This document shows positions 1 to 12,992 of a stretch of DNA of 64,000 nt, piece after piece. This DNA is from Mobula hypostoma (lineage: Eukaryota), in NCBI RefSeq assembly GCF_963921235.1, contig NC_086097.1:224566001-224630000 (forward strand), read 5' to 3'. A program made the position numbers and the translations under genes. Within the stretch, counting starts at the first letter, position 1, and each line of letters opens with the position of its first letter. The notes under the pieces are model-generated. The model was given only the letters and a program-made list of their open reading frames with translations, ran no database searches and was not told where the DNA came from.

Positions 1-1
1 C

Positions 2-1045
2 AGGACGATGACCAGGGACTGCCAAGTCTGCGCAGAGTGCAAACCGCACTTCTACTGACCCGAAAAAGCACAACTAATCAAGGCCACCCGCCCCTTTGAG
101 CTACTGGGTGTTGACTTTAAGGGCCCCCTTCCCTCCACCGACCGCAATGTGTACTTTCTTAACGTAATTGACAAGTACTCGCGGTTCCCCTTCACCATCC
201 CCTGCCCCGACACCACTACCACGTCAGTTATAAAAGCCCTGCGCAAGCTCTTCACTCTGTTCAGATACCCATGCTATATCCACAGTGACAGAGGGTCCAC
301 GTTTATGAGTGACGAGCTGCACCAATACCTGCTGGCTACGGGAATTGCAACCAGTAGGACCACTAGCTATAATCCCCGGGGGAATGGACAGGTAGAGAAG
401 GAGAATGGCACAGTGTGGAAAGCCACACTCTTAGCTCTCAGGTCAAAGGGACTGCCGGTCTCCCGCTGGCAGGAGGTCCTTCCCGAGGCACTCCACTCCA
501 TCCGCTCCCTGTTATGCACAGCCACCAATGCCACCCCTCATGAGCGGCTCTTTTCTTTTCCCAGAAAGTCGACCACTGGGACCACCCTACCATCTTGGCT
601 GACGTCCCCGGGGCCAGTGCTGCTTCGGAAACATGCGAGGAGCAATAAATACTGCCCAATGGTCAAGAGGATTCACTTATTTCATGCGAACCCTCAGTAT
701 GCCTATGTGGTTTTACCTGATGGGAGGGAGGGCACGGTCTCCATCCGCGACCTGGCGCCCACAGGAGCACTGGGCCCCTACCCTGAACACTCCATGGTGA
801 CTATTAACCCCATACCCCCCGATGTATGTACTCATGAGACACCGCACACTCCAAACCCTATACAGACACCACACGACACTCCCATACCGGGCGCGACGCA
901 CACGCACGAAGGATTAGCAACGCCTAACGTGCTGACACCTTAAGTCATGCCGAAGCCAGCACAACCGCCATCGCCGGTGCAATCACCGCCGATGCTACGT
1001 AGATCACAGCGACGGATTCGACCGCCTGATAGACTTAACCTGTAA
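2..1045 (+). pseudogene. Gypsy/Ty3 LTR retrotransposon integrase (3' end of pol), inactivated by two in-frame stops
   Basis: One frame reads CQVC (end of HHCC zinc finger), VDFKGP, HSDRG and GQVEKEN (D,D,E), ending RRSQRRIRPPDRLNL* at 1045. In-frame stops are TGA at 56-58 and TAA at 941-943. Confidence 0.9.
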
Positions 1046-1111
1046 ATATACTTGTAAATATTGTCAGTCACTTCACCTCGCGGGACTCTTTTTAAAAAAA
1101 GGAGGGGTGAA

Positions 1112-1340
1112 TGTGGTAAACCATGTATATATGTTGTAACTGGGTTAACTGTCAGGACTCACCCCTCTGCTGACTGCCCCTGTGGCTCCTCCCACAGATT
1201 CCTGTATAAAGGTGTTCACCTTGCTCCTCCCCCTCAGTCCGGGGGCAGACACTCACCATGGAGGTCGTATTGTACAGCGAATAAAAGCCTTTCAGTATTT
1301 TACCCAACCTCAGTCTTTTGGAGGCATTGAAGGTGCTTCA
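1112..1340 (+). mobile_element. 3' LTR of the Gypsy element
   Basis: Preceded by a polypurine tract (aaaaaaaggaggggtgaa, 1094-1111). Starts TG and ends CA, with TATAAA at 1205 and AATAAA at 1280. The partner LTR is outside the window, so the right end is inferred. Confidence 0.75.
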
Positions 1341-1554
1341 AACAATGCATGCTGTGAAAACAGAAAGGGAGATCACAAGGCATTTCCCATAGCAAAGAGG
1401 GAGGATCAAACAGTAAACGCAGCAAGTGAGGAGGCATGCACATCCCAAAGAAGTGTCGTGCTTACGGAAAATCCTGCAATAGTTGTGGAAAGAGGAATCA
1501 TTTTGCAAAGTGCTGCAAAGCTGGGACTACCAAGGGAAAGGTGCACATGGTTAA

Positions 1555-1935
1555 ATTATGAGAACACTCAGTCCTCTTTTATTGTCATTTAGAAATGCAT
1601 ACATGCATTAAGAAATGATACAATGTTTCTCTGGAGTGATATCACAGAAAACAGGACCAAAGACTAACACTGACAGAACCACATAATTATAACATACAGT
1701 TACAACAGTGCAAAGCAACACCATAATTTGATGAAGAACAAACTATGGGCACGGTAAAAAAAGTCTCAAAAGTCCCCGAGTCGATCGACTCCCGAGTCCT
1801 CGATAACAGGTGGCAAAAGGGAGAAACTCCCTGCCATAAACCTCCAGGCACCGTCAACTTGCCGATGCCTTGGAAGCAGCCTACCACAGCCGACACTGAG
1901 TCCATCCGTCTGAGAACTTCCAGCCTCCGACCAGC
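1555..1935 (-). repeat. Probable LINE 3'-UTR-type interspersed repeat
   Basis: Begins with ttttattgtcatt (reverse AATAAA context) like other minus-strand LINE tails in the window. Family not assigned. Confidence 0.35.
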
Positions 1936-2139
1936 CCCTCCAATACAGCCGAGGAAATGAAGGAAGTCCTTGTAGATTTTCTACAGACTGCAGGTGCTGG
2001 TAAAACAGAATGACTATGAATGAGGCAGTAATTCCATTCAAGCTTGGTGGATTTGTTGTCTATGGATGGTTACAAGACTCTCAAAGGAAAAAGCAAGATT
2101 TACCCAGTGAAGTTGAAAGTGACTGGCTATACTGGAGAG

Positions 2140-4740
2140 AACGTTCCAGCAAAAGGGATGAACTTGCAGCACATTTAGAGGTTGGCTTGTATGTTGTTGT
2201 GGGCATCACTGAATCGTGGTGGAAAGAAGATTTATTGTTGGGAGTTTAACATTCAAGGATAAACAATGTATTGGAAGGTAGCTAAGCAGAGGGGTGGAGA
2301 GGCTCTGTTGGTAAAAAAAATGAAATCAAATCCTTAGAAAGAGGTGACATAATATCAGAAGGAGTAGAATAATTTTGGATAGAGCTAAGAATCTGCAAGT
2401 GTAAAAAGACCCTGATGGGAATTGTATACATGTCTCTGAACAGTAGCAATGGGAGATGGTAAATTCATGTCAAAAGGGCAATGTTATGATAGTTATGTGG
2501 GATTTCAATATGCAGGCAGATGGGAATATTAGGTTGATGCTAGATTCCAAGAGGAGAATTTGTAGAATTTCTACAAGATGGCTTTTTAGACCACCTTGTG
2601 GTTGAGCTCATTAGAGGAATCAGCTATTTTCGATTGGGTATTGGGCTATGAACTGGAATTGACTGGAGAGCTTAAGGTAAAGGAGCCCTTAGGAGCCTGT
2701 GATCATAATACGATAAAATTCATCCTGCAATGCGAGGGAGAAGCTAAAGTCAGATGTATCAGTATTACAGTGGAGCAAAGGGAATTTTCAGAGGAATTAG
2801 CCAAAGTTGATTAGAAAGGGACACTAGCAGGGTTTATAGCAGAGCAGCAATGGCTGAAGCTTCTGGGAGCAAGTTGGTAGGCACAGGATGTATACACCTC
2901 AATGAGGAGGAAGTATTCAAAAGGCAGATGACGCAACCGTGGCCGACAAGGGAAGTCAAAGCCAACATAAGAGACAAAGAGAAGGCATATAATAAAGCAA
3001 AACTTAGTGAGAAGTTAGAGGATTGGAAGGTTTTTAAAAACCAACAGAAGGCAACTACAAAAGCCATAAAGAGCGAAAAGATGGAATATAAAGATAAGCT
3101 AGCTAATAATATTAAAGAGGATACCAAAAGGTTCTTCAGATATATAAAAAGAGAAAGAGAGACGTGAATAGATGTCAGGCCACTGGAAAATGATGCTGGA
3201 GAGGCAGTAATTGGGGAACAAGGAAATGGTAGATGAACTGAATAGGTATTTTGCATCAGTCTTCACTGTGAAAGACACTAGCAGAATGCTGGAAGTTTGA
3301 GAGTATCAGGGGACAGAGTGAGTGAAGTTGCCATTACTAGAGAGAAGGTGCTTAGGAAGTTGAAAATTCTGAAGATAGATAAAATACCTTGACCGGATGG
3401 TATGCACCCCAGAGTTCAGAAAGAGGTGACTGAAGATACTGTGGAGGCGTTAGTAATGATCTTTCAAGAATCAATAGATTTTAGCATGGTTCCAGAGGCC
3501 TGAAAAATTACAAATGTCACTCCACTCTTCATGAAGGGAGGGAGGCAGAAGAAAGGAAATTATAGGCCTGTTAGTCTGACCTCAGTCATTGGGAAGATGT
3601 TGGAGTTGATTATTAAGGATGGGATCTTAGGTACTTGGAGGCACATGATAAAATAGGCCATAGTCAGCATGGTTTGCTTGTCAAATCTGTTGGAATTCTT
3701 TGAAGAAGTAACAAGCAGGATTGACAAAGGAGAATTGGTTGATGTTGTGTGCTTGGATTTTCAGAAGGCCTTTGACAAGGTGCCACACATGAGGTTGCAT
3801 AACAAGCTACAAGCCATGGTATTACAGGAAGGATTCCAGCATGGATAAAGCAGTAGCTGATTGGCCAAGTTTACTGATGATATGAAGATAGGTGGAGGGG
3901 CAGGTAGTGTTGAGGAAGCAGATGGGCTGCAGAAGGACTTAGACAGATTATGAGAAAGAACAAAAATGTGAAAATAGAATAGAGTATTGGGCAGTGTATG
4001 GTCATGCACATTGGTAAAAGAAGTAAAAGCGTAGACTGTTTTCTAAATTGAGAAAAAAATTCAAAAGACTGAGGTGCAAAGGAACCTCGTGCAGGATTCC
4101 TTAAAGATGAATTTGCAGCTTGTGTTGGTGGTTATGAAGGCAAATGCAATGTTGCTTTATAAGGCACTGGTGAGGCCTCACGGGGAGTATTGTGACCAGT
4201 TTTGCATCACTTATCTAAGAAAGGATATGCTAACATTGAAAAGGGTTCAAAAAAGGTTCACAAAAGTGATTCCAGGATTGAAAGGCTTATATGAAGAGTG
4301 TTTGATGGCTCTGGGCCTGTACTCACGGGATTTCAGAAAAATAAGGAGGATCTCTTTGAAACCTCTAGAATGGAGAAAGGCCTTGATAGAGTTGATGTGG
4401 AGAGGATATTTCCTATGGTGGGGAGTCTAAGACCAGAGAACGCAGTCTCAGAATAGAGGGACATCCATTTAGAAATAGAGATGAGGAGGAATTTCTTCAG
4501 CTAGAGACTGGTGAATCTATAGAATTCATTGCCACATGCAGCTGTGGAGGCCAAGTTTGTATGTATATTTAAGGCATTAATAGATTTCTGATTGGTCAGG
4601 GCTTGAAGGGTTACAAGGAGAAGGCTGGAGACTGGGCTGAGAATGTGGCTGAGAGGGAAATGAATCAGCCATAGTGAAATGGCAGAGTGGACTCGATAGG
4701 CCAAATGGCCTAAATCTGCTCCTATATCTTATGGTCTTAT
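2140..4740 (+). mobile_element. Degenerate CR1 LINE (ORF2 endonuclease-RT plus 3' UTR)
   Basis: Fragments VVGITESW, LGACDHN, QPWPTREVK, DFQKAFDKVPH and LYKALVRPH with many stops and frameshifts. CR1-type tail tctgctcctatatcttatggtcttat. Confidence 0.9.
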
Positions 4741-5159
4741 ACTGCTAGTGGTGGGGAGTCCTTAATATTTAAATAACAGGATCCAATTATATAAATCAGA
4801 CTTAAGTAGTTGTGCTGGTGTAACCTAGGACCAGATCTAGCAGTGAAACTGGCAATGATATACTCCTTCAGTAATTCTGTAATTCTATGGTAAACTTTTG
4901 AGTCCAGAATCAAATTGGATGCTAGACATACAGAGCATTGATAATGAGGATATGATTGATTCTGCATTAATATCAAACAAATAACTCACTGTAAAGTGGT
5001 TTGGAAAATGTCTATTTAGATTATAGCAAATGGCAAATCGAACATACAAACATGGCAAAATCATGTGAAAGTTTAAAAAAAACAAGTATTATACCTTAAA
5101 CAGCAAAAAGAAAATATTATCACATGGAAAGTAATATGCATATATAAACACAGCAACAC

Positions 5160-5635
5160 TCAATGTATGTTTGTGGACTTCTGCTGCTGGATCCCAGCCA
5201 CTTCAGGGTTCAATATGTTGTGCATTCAGAGTTATTGTTGCCTTCCTGTCAGTGTGAACCAGTCAGAACCATTCTCTTCTGACCTCTCTCACTAACAAGC
5301 TGTTTTTGCACACAGAACTGTCAGTCACTGGATTTTTTTTTGTTTTTCACGCTATTCTCAGTAAACGATAGAGCTTGTTAAGTGTGAATATCCTAGGAGA
5401 TCAGCAGTTTCTCACATTCTCAAACCACCCCATCTAGCACCAACAATCATTTCATAGTCAAAGTTACTTAGATCACATTTCTTGCCCATTCTGATATTTG
5501 GTCTGAACAACAACTGCACCTTTTGACCATGTCTGCATACTATTATGTATTGAGTTTCTGCCACATGATTGACTGATTAAATATTTGCATTAACGAGCAG
5601 ATGTATAGGTGTACCCAAAAAAGTAGCCACTGAGT
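5160..5635. mobile_element. Non-autonomous Tc1/mariner-like DNA transposon remnant
   Basis: End ggtgtacccaaaaaagtagccactgagt resembles a Tc1-type TIR, and a related end (gtacctaataaagtggccactgag) recurs at about 56810. Family call is from recall. Confidence 0.45.
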
Positions 5636-6584
5636 TTATGTTCTCCGCTCTTGCAACTAATTCTGTTTGCAAAATGCAGACTGTTACCACCTTAATGCAA
5701 ATTTACAATTGATACAGGTTCCTGGTAGGATTGCTGAGATTCAAGACCGAGATTCAAGTCTGGATTCTTTTGCCTCTGTGGCCATCTGGTGGACATTCTG
5801 AACTCTTCCAAAAATGCCACCTCAAGAAAGCAATAGCTCTTTGATAGCAGAACATTTGTTAACCTTATTATTTGACTCTGAATTGTAAAATATATACATA
5901 GAGAAAGAGATTAGACAGTAATCCATTCAAAAACAAGAGAGGAATTAAATGATATCACAGGAGGATAATCAGTTTAAATCCTCTTTCAAGAAACTACACT
6001 CTATATTGTGATATGATGAAAGCTTGGAATTTTGTTAGCATAACATTTGAAATAAATTAATGTCAGAGTTGACTTACGAGCAGAAATGTATTTGTAATTT
6101 CTCAGTTATCAATTCCATTCACATGTTCAGAATTTTAAATTGTCATACTATGTATCATCACAAGTTTCCAAGCTGGCCTTTACATGGACAGTTATGTTAC
6201 ACAAAAGTCAAATAATGAACATTATTTTTGTTTGTTCCACGTGTACATAGCAGAATTCTGCAAAATCCCAATGACCTGCACATTAGAATCTAATCTGCTT
6301 TAGTGAAGCTTATTAGTGATGACTTCAACCTAAATACTGAAACAAATACCATAATAAATTTACTTGACGTAGCAAAGTTTTCAACACCGCCATGGACCGT
6401 CCCCTGCCTGGTGCTGAAAGGAGGAACTTTGGGCATGGGGCCAGCATCCCCATCTCCTGAAATCCCAGCAGTACAGAAACAGCAATGGAAGCTCCAAAGA
6501 CCTCATCCCTGGGAGAAGTCTTCAAAGGTAGGCTTGACCTGGGGCCCAGGAGAGCTGCTGTTGGCGACCCATGCTCCACTAGGG

Positions 6585-6990
6585 TTCAAAGTTCAAAGAT
6601 TCAAAGTCCATTTACTATCAAAGTGTACATAAATTACACAACCTTGAGATTCGTCTGCTCACAGGCAGCCGCAAAACAAGAAACCCCAAAGATCCCAATT
6701 GAAAAGAAAGACTAGCACCCAATGCAGAGAGAGAGAAAAAATACAAAACACGCAAACAATAAAAGTATGCAACAGCATTCTGAATAAAATTGAGTCCATA
6801 GAGCTGAAGGCTGGAGCAGCTGGAGCAGCCGGAACAGGCCCATAGCTTCAGTCTCAGTTCATTACACAGCGGGGCAAATCACTGCGAAGCTGGCAGACAC
6901 TAAGCCCAGAGCAGGGCATCGCCTCAGTGCCAAGGACAGCAGAGTAAACTCCACAGGGCAGAACCGGTCCCAACCTTTGCCTCCAGTCCC
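6585..6990 (-). repeat. LINE 3'-UTR-like repeat, copy 1 of 3
   Basis: Shares tacacaacctNNagattNgtct...acaggcagcc..aaa.caagaaacccc with copies at 7310-7620 and 35500-35990, and has a ttcaaag microsatellite-like tail. Confidence 0.65.
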
Positions 6991-7309
6991 AACACCCTGG
7001 GCTAAGATGGGGTAAGAAGAAGAAAGTGATAAGCTTTCTGTGAATGACTGAATAACTCACCATTCTAAAGTTTTTACATCTCTCAGCAATCTGCCTTCTA
7101 ATTTCCTCCCCTCTTTGCCTTGCTCTATCTTATTCACTGTAGTATAAACAAAGCAACTCTAGGGTTCTGGCACTGGTCTTTAACTCTAAGCAAAAAGATT
7201 CTGATTTTGAATGCAGAAGTACATTAGGTCCAGCAACAGCTTCACTGATTAGTACCCTCACACCTTCACCTTTCTTCATTCTTGTCTTTTACTGAATCTA
7301 CAGTATTTT

Positions 7310-7620
7310 CAAAGTTTCAAAGTACATTTAGTATCAAAGAATGTATGAATTACACAACCTCAAGATTTGTCTGTTTACAGGCAGCCACAAAGCAAGAAAC
7401 CCAAAAGAACCCACTTAAAAAAAAAAGACCAGCATCCAACGCATAGGGAAAGGGGAAAAAAAAACATGTATCATGCAAACAATCGAAGCGAGCAACAATA
7501 ATGAGTCCTTAGATCAGAATGCCGAAGCAGCCCGGAGCAGGCCCGAGCCTCGGTATCATATTAGCAGGCATGAGATCACAGCCAGAGGCAGTCTTCATAG
7601 CGTCATCATCAAAGAAGGAG
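7310..7620 (-). repeat. LINE 3'-UTR-like repeat, copy 2
   Basis: Direct similarity to 6585-6990 visible by eye. Confidence 0.65.
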
Positions 7621-7759
7621 AGGAGTGAACATCTTGGGAATGCAAGAGAAATTCGCTTCTTGCCTCCGATCCCGATGCCCTGTCTTTCTAGTATATCATT
7701 TAAATTGTTCAAACCGCATATTGTACCTTGTACTAGGACCCAGGCACTGTTGCAGCAAA

Positions 7760-8335
7760 AGCCTCGGCAAAAACTTCTATAATTGTACCGTGGAAGCATT
7801 CTGACAGGCTGCATCACTGTCTGGTATGGGGGGGCTACTGCACAGGACCGAAAGAAGCTGCAGAAGGTTGTAAATCTAGTCAGCTCCATCTTGGGTACTA
7901 GCCTACAAAGTATCCAGGACATCTTTAGGGAGCGGTGTCTCAGAAAGGCAGCGTCCATTATTAAGGACCTCTAGCAGCCAGGACATGCCCTTTTCTCACT
8001 GTTACTATCAGGTTGGAGATACAAAAACCTGAAGGCACACACTCAGCGACTCAGGAACAGCTTCTTCCCCTCTGTCATCCGATTCCTAAATGGACATTGA
8101 ACCCTTGGACACTACCTCACTTTTTTTAATATACAGTATTTCTGTTTTTGCATTTTTAAAAAAAATCTATTCAATATGCGTAATTGATTTACTTGTTTAT
8201 TTATTATTATATTTTATTTTATTTATTATTATTATTATTTTTCTCTCGCTACTAGATCATGTATTGCATTGAACTGCTGCTGCGAAATTAACAAATTTCA
8301 GTCACATGCCCGTGATAATAAACCTGATTCTGATA
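7760..8335 (+). mobile_element. Rex1/Babar-type LINE 3' fragment
   Basis: Translates to SILTGCITVWYGG...RKKLQKVV...RCLRKAASIIKD, followed by an AT-rich 3' UTR ending aataaacctgattctgat. Confidence 0.75.
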
Positions 8336-8607
8336 CTGGCTTCTTCCCCTTCCTTTCCAGTCCTGACGAAGGAGCTCTGTCCAAAATGTCACCTCCTTAC
8401 TGCTGTTCTAGTCTGTCCTGAAAGTACGAGAACTGCACAGCTCAGTGTAGTCCAGTTTCTTGTTGAGGATGTCAGAAAGTCATTAGTCATAACTTGACAT
8501 AATTAAGATATCTGATTACTGTTTTAATTTATGATCTGGAGCATACTAATAGCCTAATTTAATTCTGGCAATGTATTTTTCAGGAATACCTTCATGCTCA
8601 AAGTTAA

Positions 8608-9440
8608 AGAACATAAGAAATAGGAGCAGGAGCAGGAGTAGGCCATCTGGCCCGTTGAACACCTGCCTGCCTTTTACCAATAACCCTTAATACACATACT
8701 ATGTAAAAATCTATCCAACCTTGCCTTAAATATATTTACTGAGGTAGTCCCCACTACTTCATTGGGCAGAGAATTCCACAGATTCATCACCCTCTGGGAG
8801 AAGCAGTTCCCCCTCATCTCCATCCTATATCTACTCTCCCAAATCTTGAGGCTATGTCCACTAGTTCTAGTCTCACCCACCAGTGGAAACAACTTTCCTG
8901 CCTCTATCTTAACTATCTCTTTGATAATCTTATATGTTTCTATAAGATCTTATCTCATTCTTCTGAATTCCAGAGAGTACAGTCCCAGGTGACTCAATCC
9001 CTCCTCATAGTCTCATCCCTTCATCTCTGGAATCAACCTGGTGAACCTCCTCTGCACCACCTCCAAAGCCAGTGTATCCTTCCTCAAGTATGGAGACCAG
9101 AACTGCACACAGTACTCCAGGTGTGGCCTCACCAGTATCCTGTATAGTTGCAGTATAACCTCCCAGTTCTTATATTTAATCCCTCTAGCCATGAAGGCCA
9201 ACATCCTATTTGCCTTCTTGATAGCCGGCTGCATCTGCAAACCAATCTTTTGTGATTCATGCATAAGCACTCCCAAATCCCTCTGCAAGTTTTTACCATT
9301 TGAACAATAATCTGCTCCATTTTTCCTTCCAAAGTGGATGACCTTGCATTTACCAACATTGTACTCCATCTGCCAGACCCTTGCCCGCTCACTTAATGTT
9401 TCTATATCTCTCTACAGACTCTCTGTATCTTCTTCACAAT
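8608..9440 (-). mobile_element. 5'-truncated CR1 LINE
   Basis: Minus-strand KCKVIHFG...LVRPHLEYCVQFWSPY...VQRRFTRLIP and FFSQRV-like motifs. The tail reads agaacataagaaataggagcagg on +. Confidence 0.9.
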
Positions 9441-11229
9441 TTGCTTTATCACTCAATTTAAAGCTGTAGAACAGCCATACCAATGATCAGTTTCTACTCT
9501 GGTTTTAAAATATTAAATTTCTTTCATCTTTTCCTGCTCCTTAAACATTAAATTTTGGTTGTTAACAAGAAAATGGTGTATTTAATTCAAGTAGCACTTA
9601 AGTTCTTAGTTTTGTAAAGCACTTGTTATTCTTTTCTGTCTTTCCAGACAATATACCAGAGACCTTTAATTTAGTTGTAAGTACAACAAATATCCACAAG
9701 ATGGCTACAATTCTTTTCATATTTAATGCAATCTAAAAATCAGAATCTGATTTGATATCACTGACTTATAGGACATGACATTTGTTATTTTGCAGGAGCA
9801 AAACAGTGCAAAGATATAATGTTATTATAAATTACAAAATAAAATTATTAGTGCAAAGAAAAGAATAAAGAGGTAGTGTCCATGTGTTTATGGATCGTTC
9901 AGAGATCTGACGGATGGTGGAGGGGACGAAGTTGTTCCTGAATTATTGAGTGAGGGTCATCAGGCTTATATTAAAGCAAATTAAAAAGATGTTTTTAAAT
10001 AGTCGAAGATGTGACACAGTACAGCTGAAATACTGAATTTTAGGACTAGTTCTAGGCTTTCAGAACTGAAGCTGTGTAGTTTTGCTATTGTTATTTATCA
10101 CCATAGATTACATAGCTGGAAAAAAGCAGATTTGTTGCTATTAGAGTCAATTTGATTTTAAGAGATCATCCATTGTGTGTGCATATTTATGGTCATGATG
10201 GTTGTTATATTGTGAAGGACATTAGAGTGTGCAGCTCTAAAGCTTTTCTTGAACATGGAGAGTGGGCAGATTCTGGCATCAGTCAGATTGAAACACTGAC
10301 TTAATAGCAATTCTGCCAAATTAGAATGCAGCAATGCAGCAAGTGCTAGGTCTCCAACAGATCTGGAAGATTCGTCAGCAAGTAGTAACTCACATTTGTA
10401 CCAAAAATAAGATAATTTTGTATACTTAAGTTACATGAGTGAGTTTATAGAGTATTGCTTAGATTTGGTGGCTTGGTGATTGGTGGTTCTAGATCTTGTT
10501 GAAAATGGTAAGATTGGTATATTATCTCATGGTAGGAACCGAAGGAGATTGTGTTAATAATCAGCTGGATGCTGACAAAGGATACTCCTTAGTGGAGAGT
10601 GATTGGCAGAATGGGTGAAGTCAAGTAAGGTAGGCAGATGAGGCACAACAAGGAGGAGAAAGCCTTGAACACAGGCCCACAACTGCCCAGTACTTTCAGG
10701 GAACAATTCTCCTCTTGAAATCTCTGTGAAGGTTAGTGAATGAGGTGTCTGTAGTTCAGTTAAAAACTCTTCACTGACACATCTCACATATTGCAGCAAA
10801 AGCTCCCACAGCTGAGCTGTAAACATTGCCAATAGTAAACATCAGGCTTCTTTCAGGATTGATGTAGACTGCGGCATATCCCAGTTTATCATCTAATATT
10901 GCATTAGGGAGGTCACAGACACTCCATTTCAGAAGAACCGGATGCTTGTCGCTTACTATGTCAGAGGGCCATGGCTGTATTGAGTATAAAGAATTGACTT
11001 TATTGCAGCAGCCCCCTATATGGCATGGAGTGGCTTTGACGGTATTCCAGACATCATATATGCACTGCAGTTCGGAAGGAAATTCAGTTATTGCATTGAC
11101 CTAGATGTTGTATGAGAATAATCTAGTGATTATCCACAGCACAACATACAGTATAGGTCACATTGTGATATTATGATATTGTTGCTGATTTCTCCATTGC
11201 AAAGTCACAGTGGCTTCTGGGCTACAAGA

Positions 11230-12130
11230 ATTCAAGTCAAGTTTATTGTCTTTTAACTATATACGGCGCATGTACACTGTCAAACGAGACATCGATTCTC
11301 CGAACCAGAGTGTAAGGCACAGTAATGCACATAACACAGATAAAACATACAATAACATAGGAAAGTAAGAATTAAATCTTCAAATGAATTATGCATTAAT
11401 AAAAAATGTACAGATTAAATATTGTAGGGAGCAGTACAAATTATCCAGTGACACTTCAAATGCGATGTGCTTGGAAGTTCAGAAACCTAAAAGCCAGAGG
11501 AAAGAAACTGTTTCCCATCCTGACCATTCTTCTCTTTGTGCATCGGAATCTCCTGCTGGATGGTAGAATGTCTGAGGATGCTGGATGGACGGGTGGGATC
11601 CTTGATAATACTAAGGGCCCTGCGTATGCAGTGCTCCTGATAAATGTCTTCCATTCTCTCAGTCCTTTGTAGGAAATTCCAGTCCGATGTTCCCTGCTCT
11701 CATACCAAATGGAGGTGCAGTTTGTCAGGACGCTTTCAATGGTGCTCTTGTAAAATTCAGGTAAGATGCTGGGGGGGCGGGGAGGGGGAATGGGGCAGCC
11801 TCGCTCGCCTCAATCTCCTCAGAAAGTGGAGGTGCTGCTGTGCCTTCTTATTCAGGGAAGTGATATTGAGGAACCAGGCACGAGGAATTCTGCAGATGCT
11901 GGAAATTCAAGCAACACACGTCAAAGTTGCTGGTGAACGCAGCAGGCCAGGCAGCGTCTCTAGGAAGAGGTACAGTCGACATTTCGGGCCGAGACCCTTC
12001 ATCCTGATGTCCTGACGAAGGGTCTTGGCCCAAAATGTCGACTGTACCTCTTCCTAGAGATGCTGCCTGGCCTGCTGCGTTCACCAGCAACTTTGATGTG
12101 TGTTGCTTGAGGAACCAGATGTGGTTCACT
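11230..12130 (-). mobile_element. Old Rex1/Babar-like LINE fragment interrupted by a Penelope-derived foldback
   Basis: Reverse strand gives AQQHLHFLRRLRRARL and YKSTIESVLT-like motifs. The sequence resumes after the insertion. Confidence 0.55.
11878..12110. mobile_element. Penelope-derived foldback (about 100-bp inverted arms) with target-site duplication
   Basis: 11908-12000 is nearly the reverse complement of 12017-12110. ttgaggaaccag flanks both sides (11866-11877 and 12107-12118). Confidence 0.8.
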
Positions 12131-12189
12131 AGCTATATCTTATGGTCACAGACAACCGAGACAGGCTCCTTGCTTTGGCCCACCGCATG

Positions 12190-12490
12190 TGCACCAAATA
12201 TCGTGTACCCATTCACACAAACCCAACAATGATCCCATTTTATTCATCCCAAGTTTCCCTCAACTCCTCCAGATTCGACAGCTCACCTACACACTTGGGG
12301 ATAAACAAAGTGGCCAATCAATCTGCCAATTCACATATCTTTGGATGTGAAAGGAAACTCTGGTACCCAAGGGAAACCCACGTGGTTACAGGCGGAAGCC
12401 CAAATTCCACACAGTCAGCATCAGAGGTGAGCAGCGAACCTGGGTCACTAGTGCAGTGAGGGAACAGTTCTTCTAGCTAAGCCACTGTGC
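12190..12490 (-). mobile_element. V-SINE-like tRNA-derived SINE, degenerate
   Basis: Reverse complement resembles the SINE copies at 29185 and 60300 (gtgaccNNgtgggtttcc core). Confidence 0.5.
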
Positions 12491-12690
12491 TGTGCTCAAG
12501 CAGTATTTTGCTACTTGGCATGATAGGCACACAGATGAAAGAAAAATGGAGAGCTATGAGGGAGAGAAGAGTTAGATTGATCTTAAAGTAGGTTAAAAGA
12601 TTGGCTGAGGACCCATACTGCGCTATGTTCTATGTTCAGTAGACTAGATTTAGGACTTGTGGTGGCTTGCTGTATGCTTCACATCCTCAT

Positions 12691-12918
12691 TGTTGTAATG
12701 TGAGCATTATTAAAAGTAAGTTAACACTAATTAGGATAATGGGGGGTTCTACTTCCTTTCTTTTTACTTCCAGTGTGTTTTTGTGTATAGCGTGCCTGCC
12801 ATGCCGTACGGGTTGTGAAAGCCTCTGTATATACATAACGGTTTTGAAGTTCGAGATAAAGTTGTTTCTTGGGCATGAAGTTGTCGAGTGTGCCTTTTTC
12901 AAAGCAGAAGTTACTACA
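12691..12918 (+). repeat. 5' LTR
   Basis: tgttgtaa...ttactaca; direct repeat of 19924-20154. Confidence 0.95.
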
Positions 12919-12924
12919 TAGTTT

Positions 12925-12935
12925 TGGCGACGAGG
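12925..12935 (+). promoter_or_regulatory. Primer-binding site, complementary to the tRNA-Ser(GCU) 3' end
   Basis: tggcgacgagg lies just after the 5' LTR. Vertebrate tRNA-Ser(GCU) ends ...CCUCGUCG-CCA (recalled). Confidence 0.75.
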
Positions 12936-12992
12936 TGGACTGGTTTTGTGAATGTATTGGCACGTTTTTTGAATGGGAGCTTCGCGTTTCAG

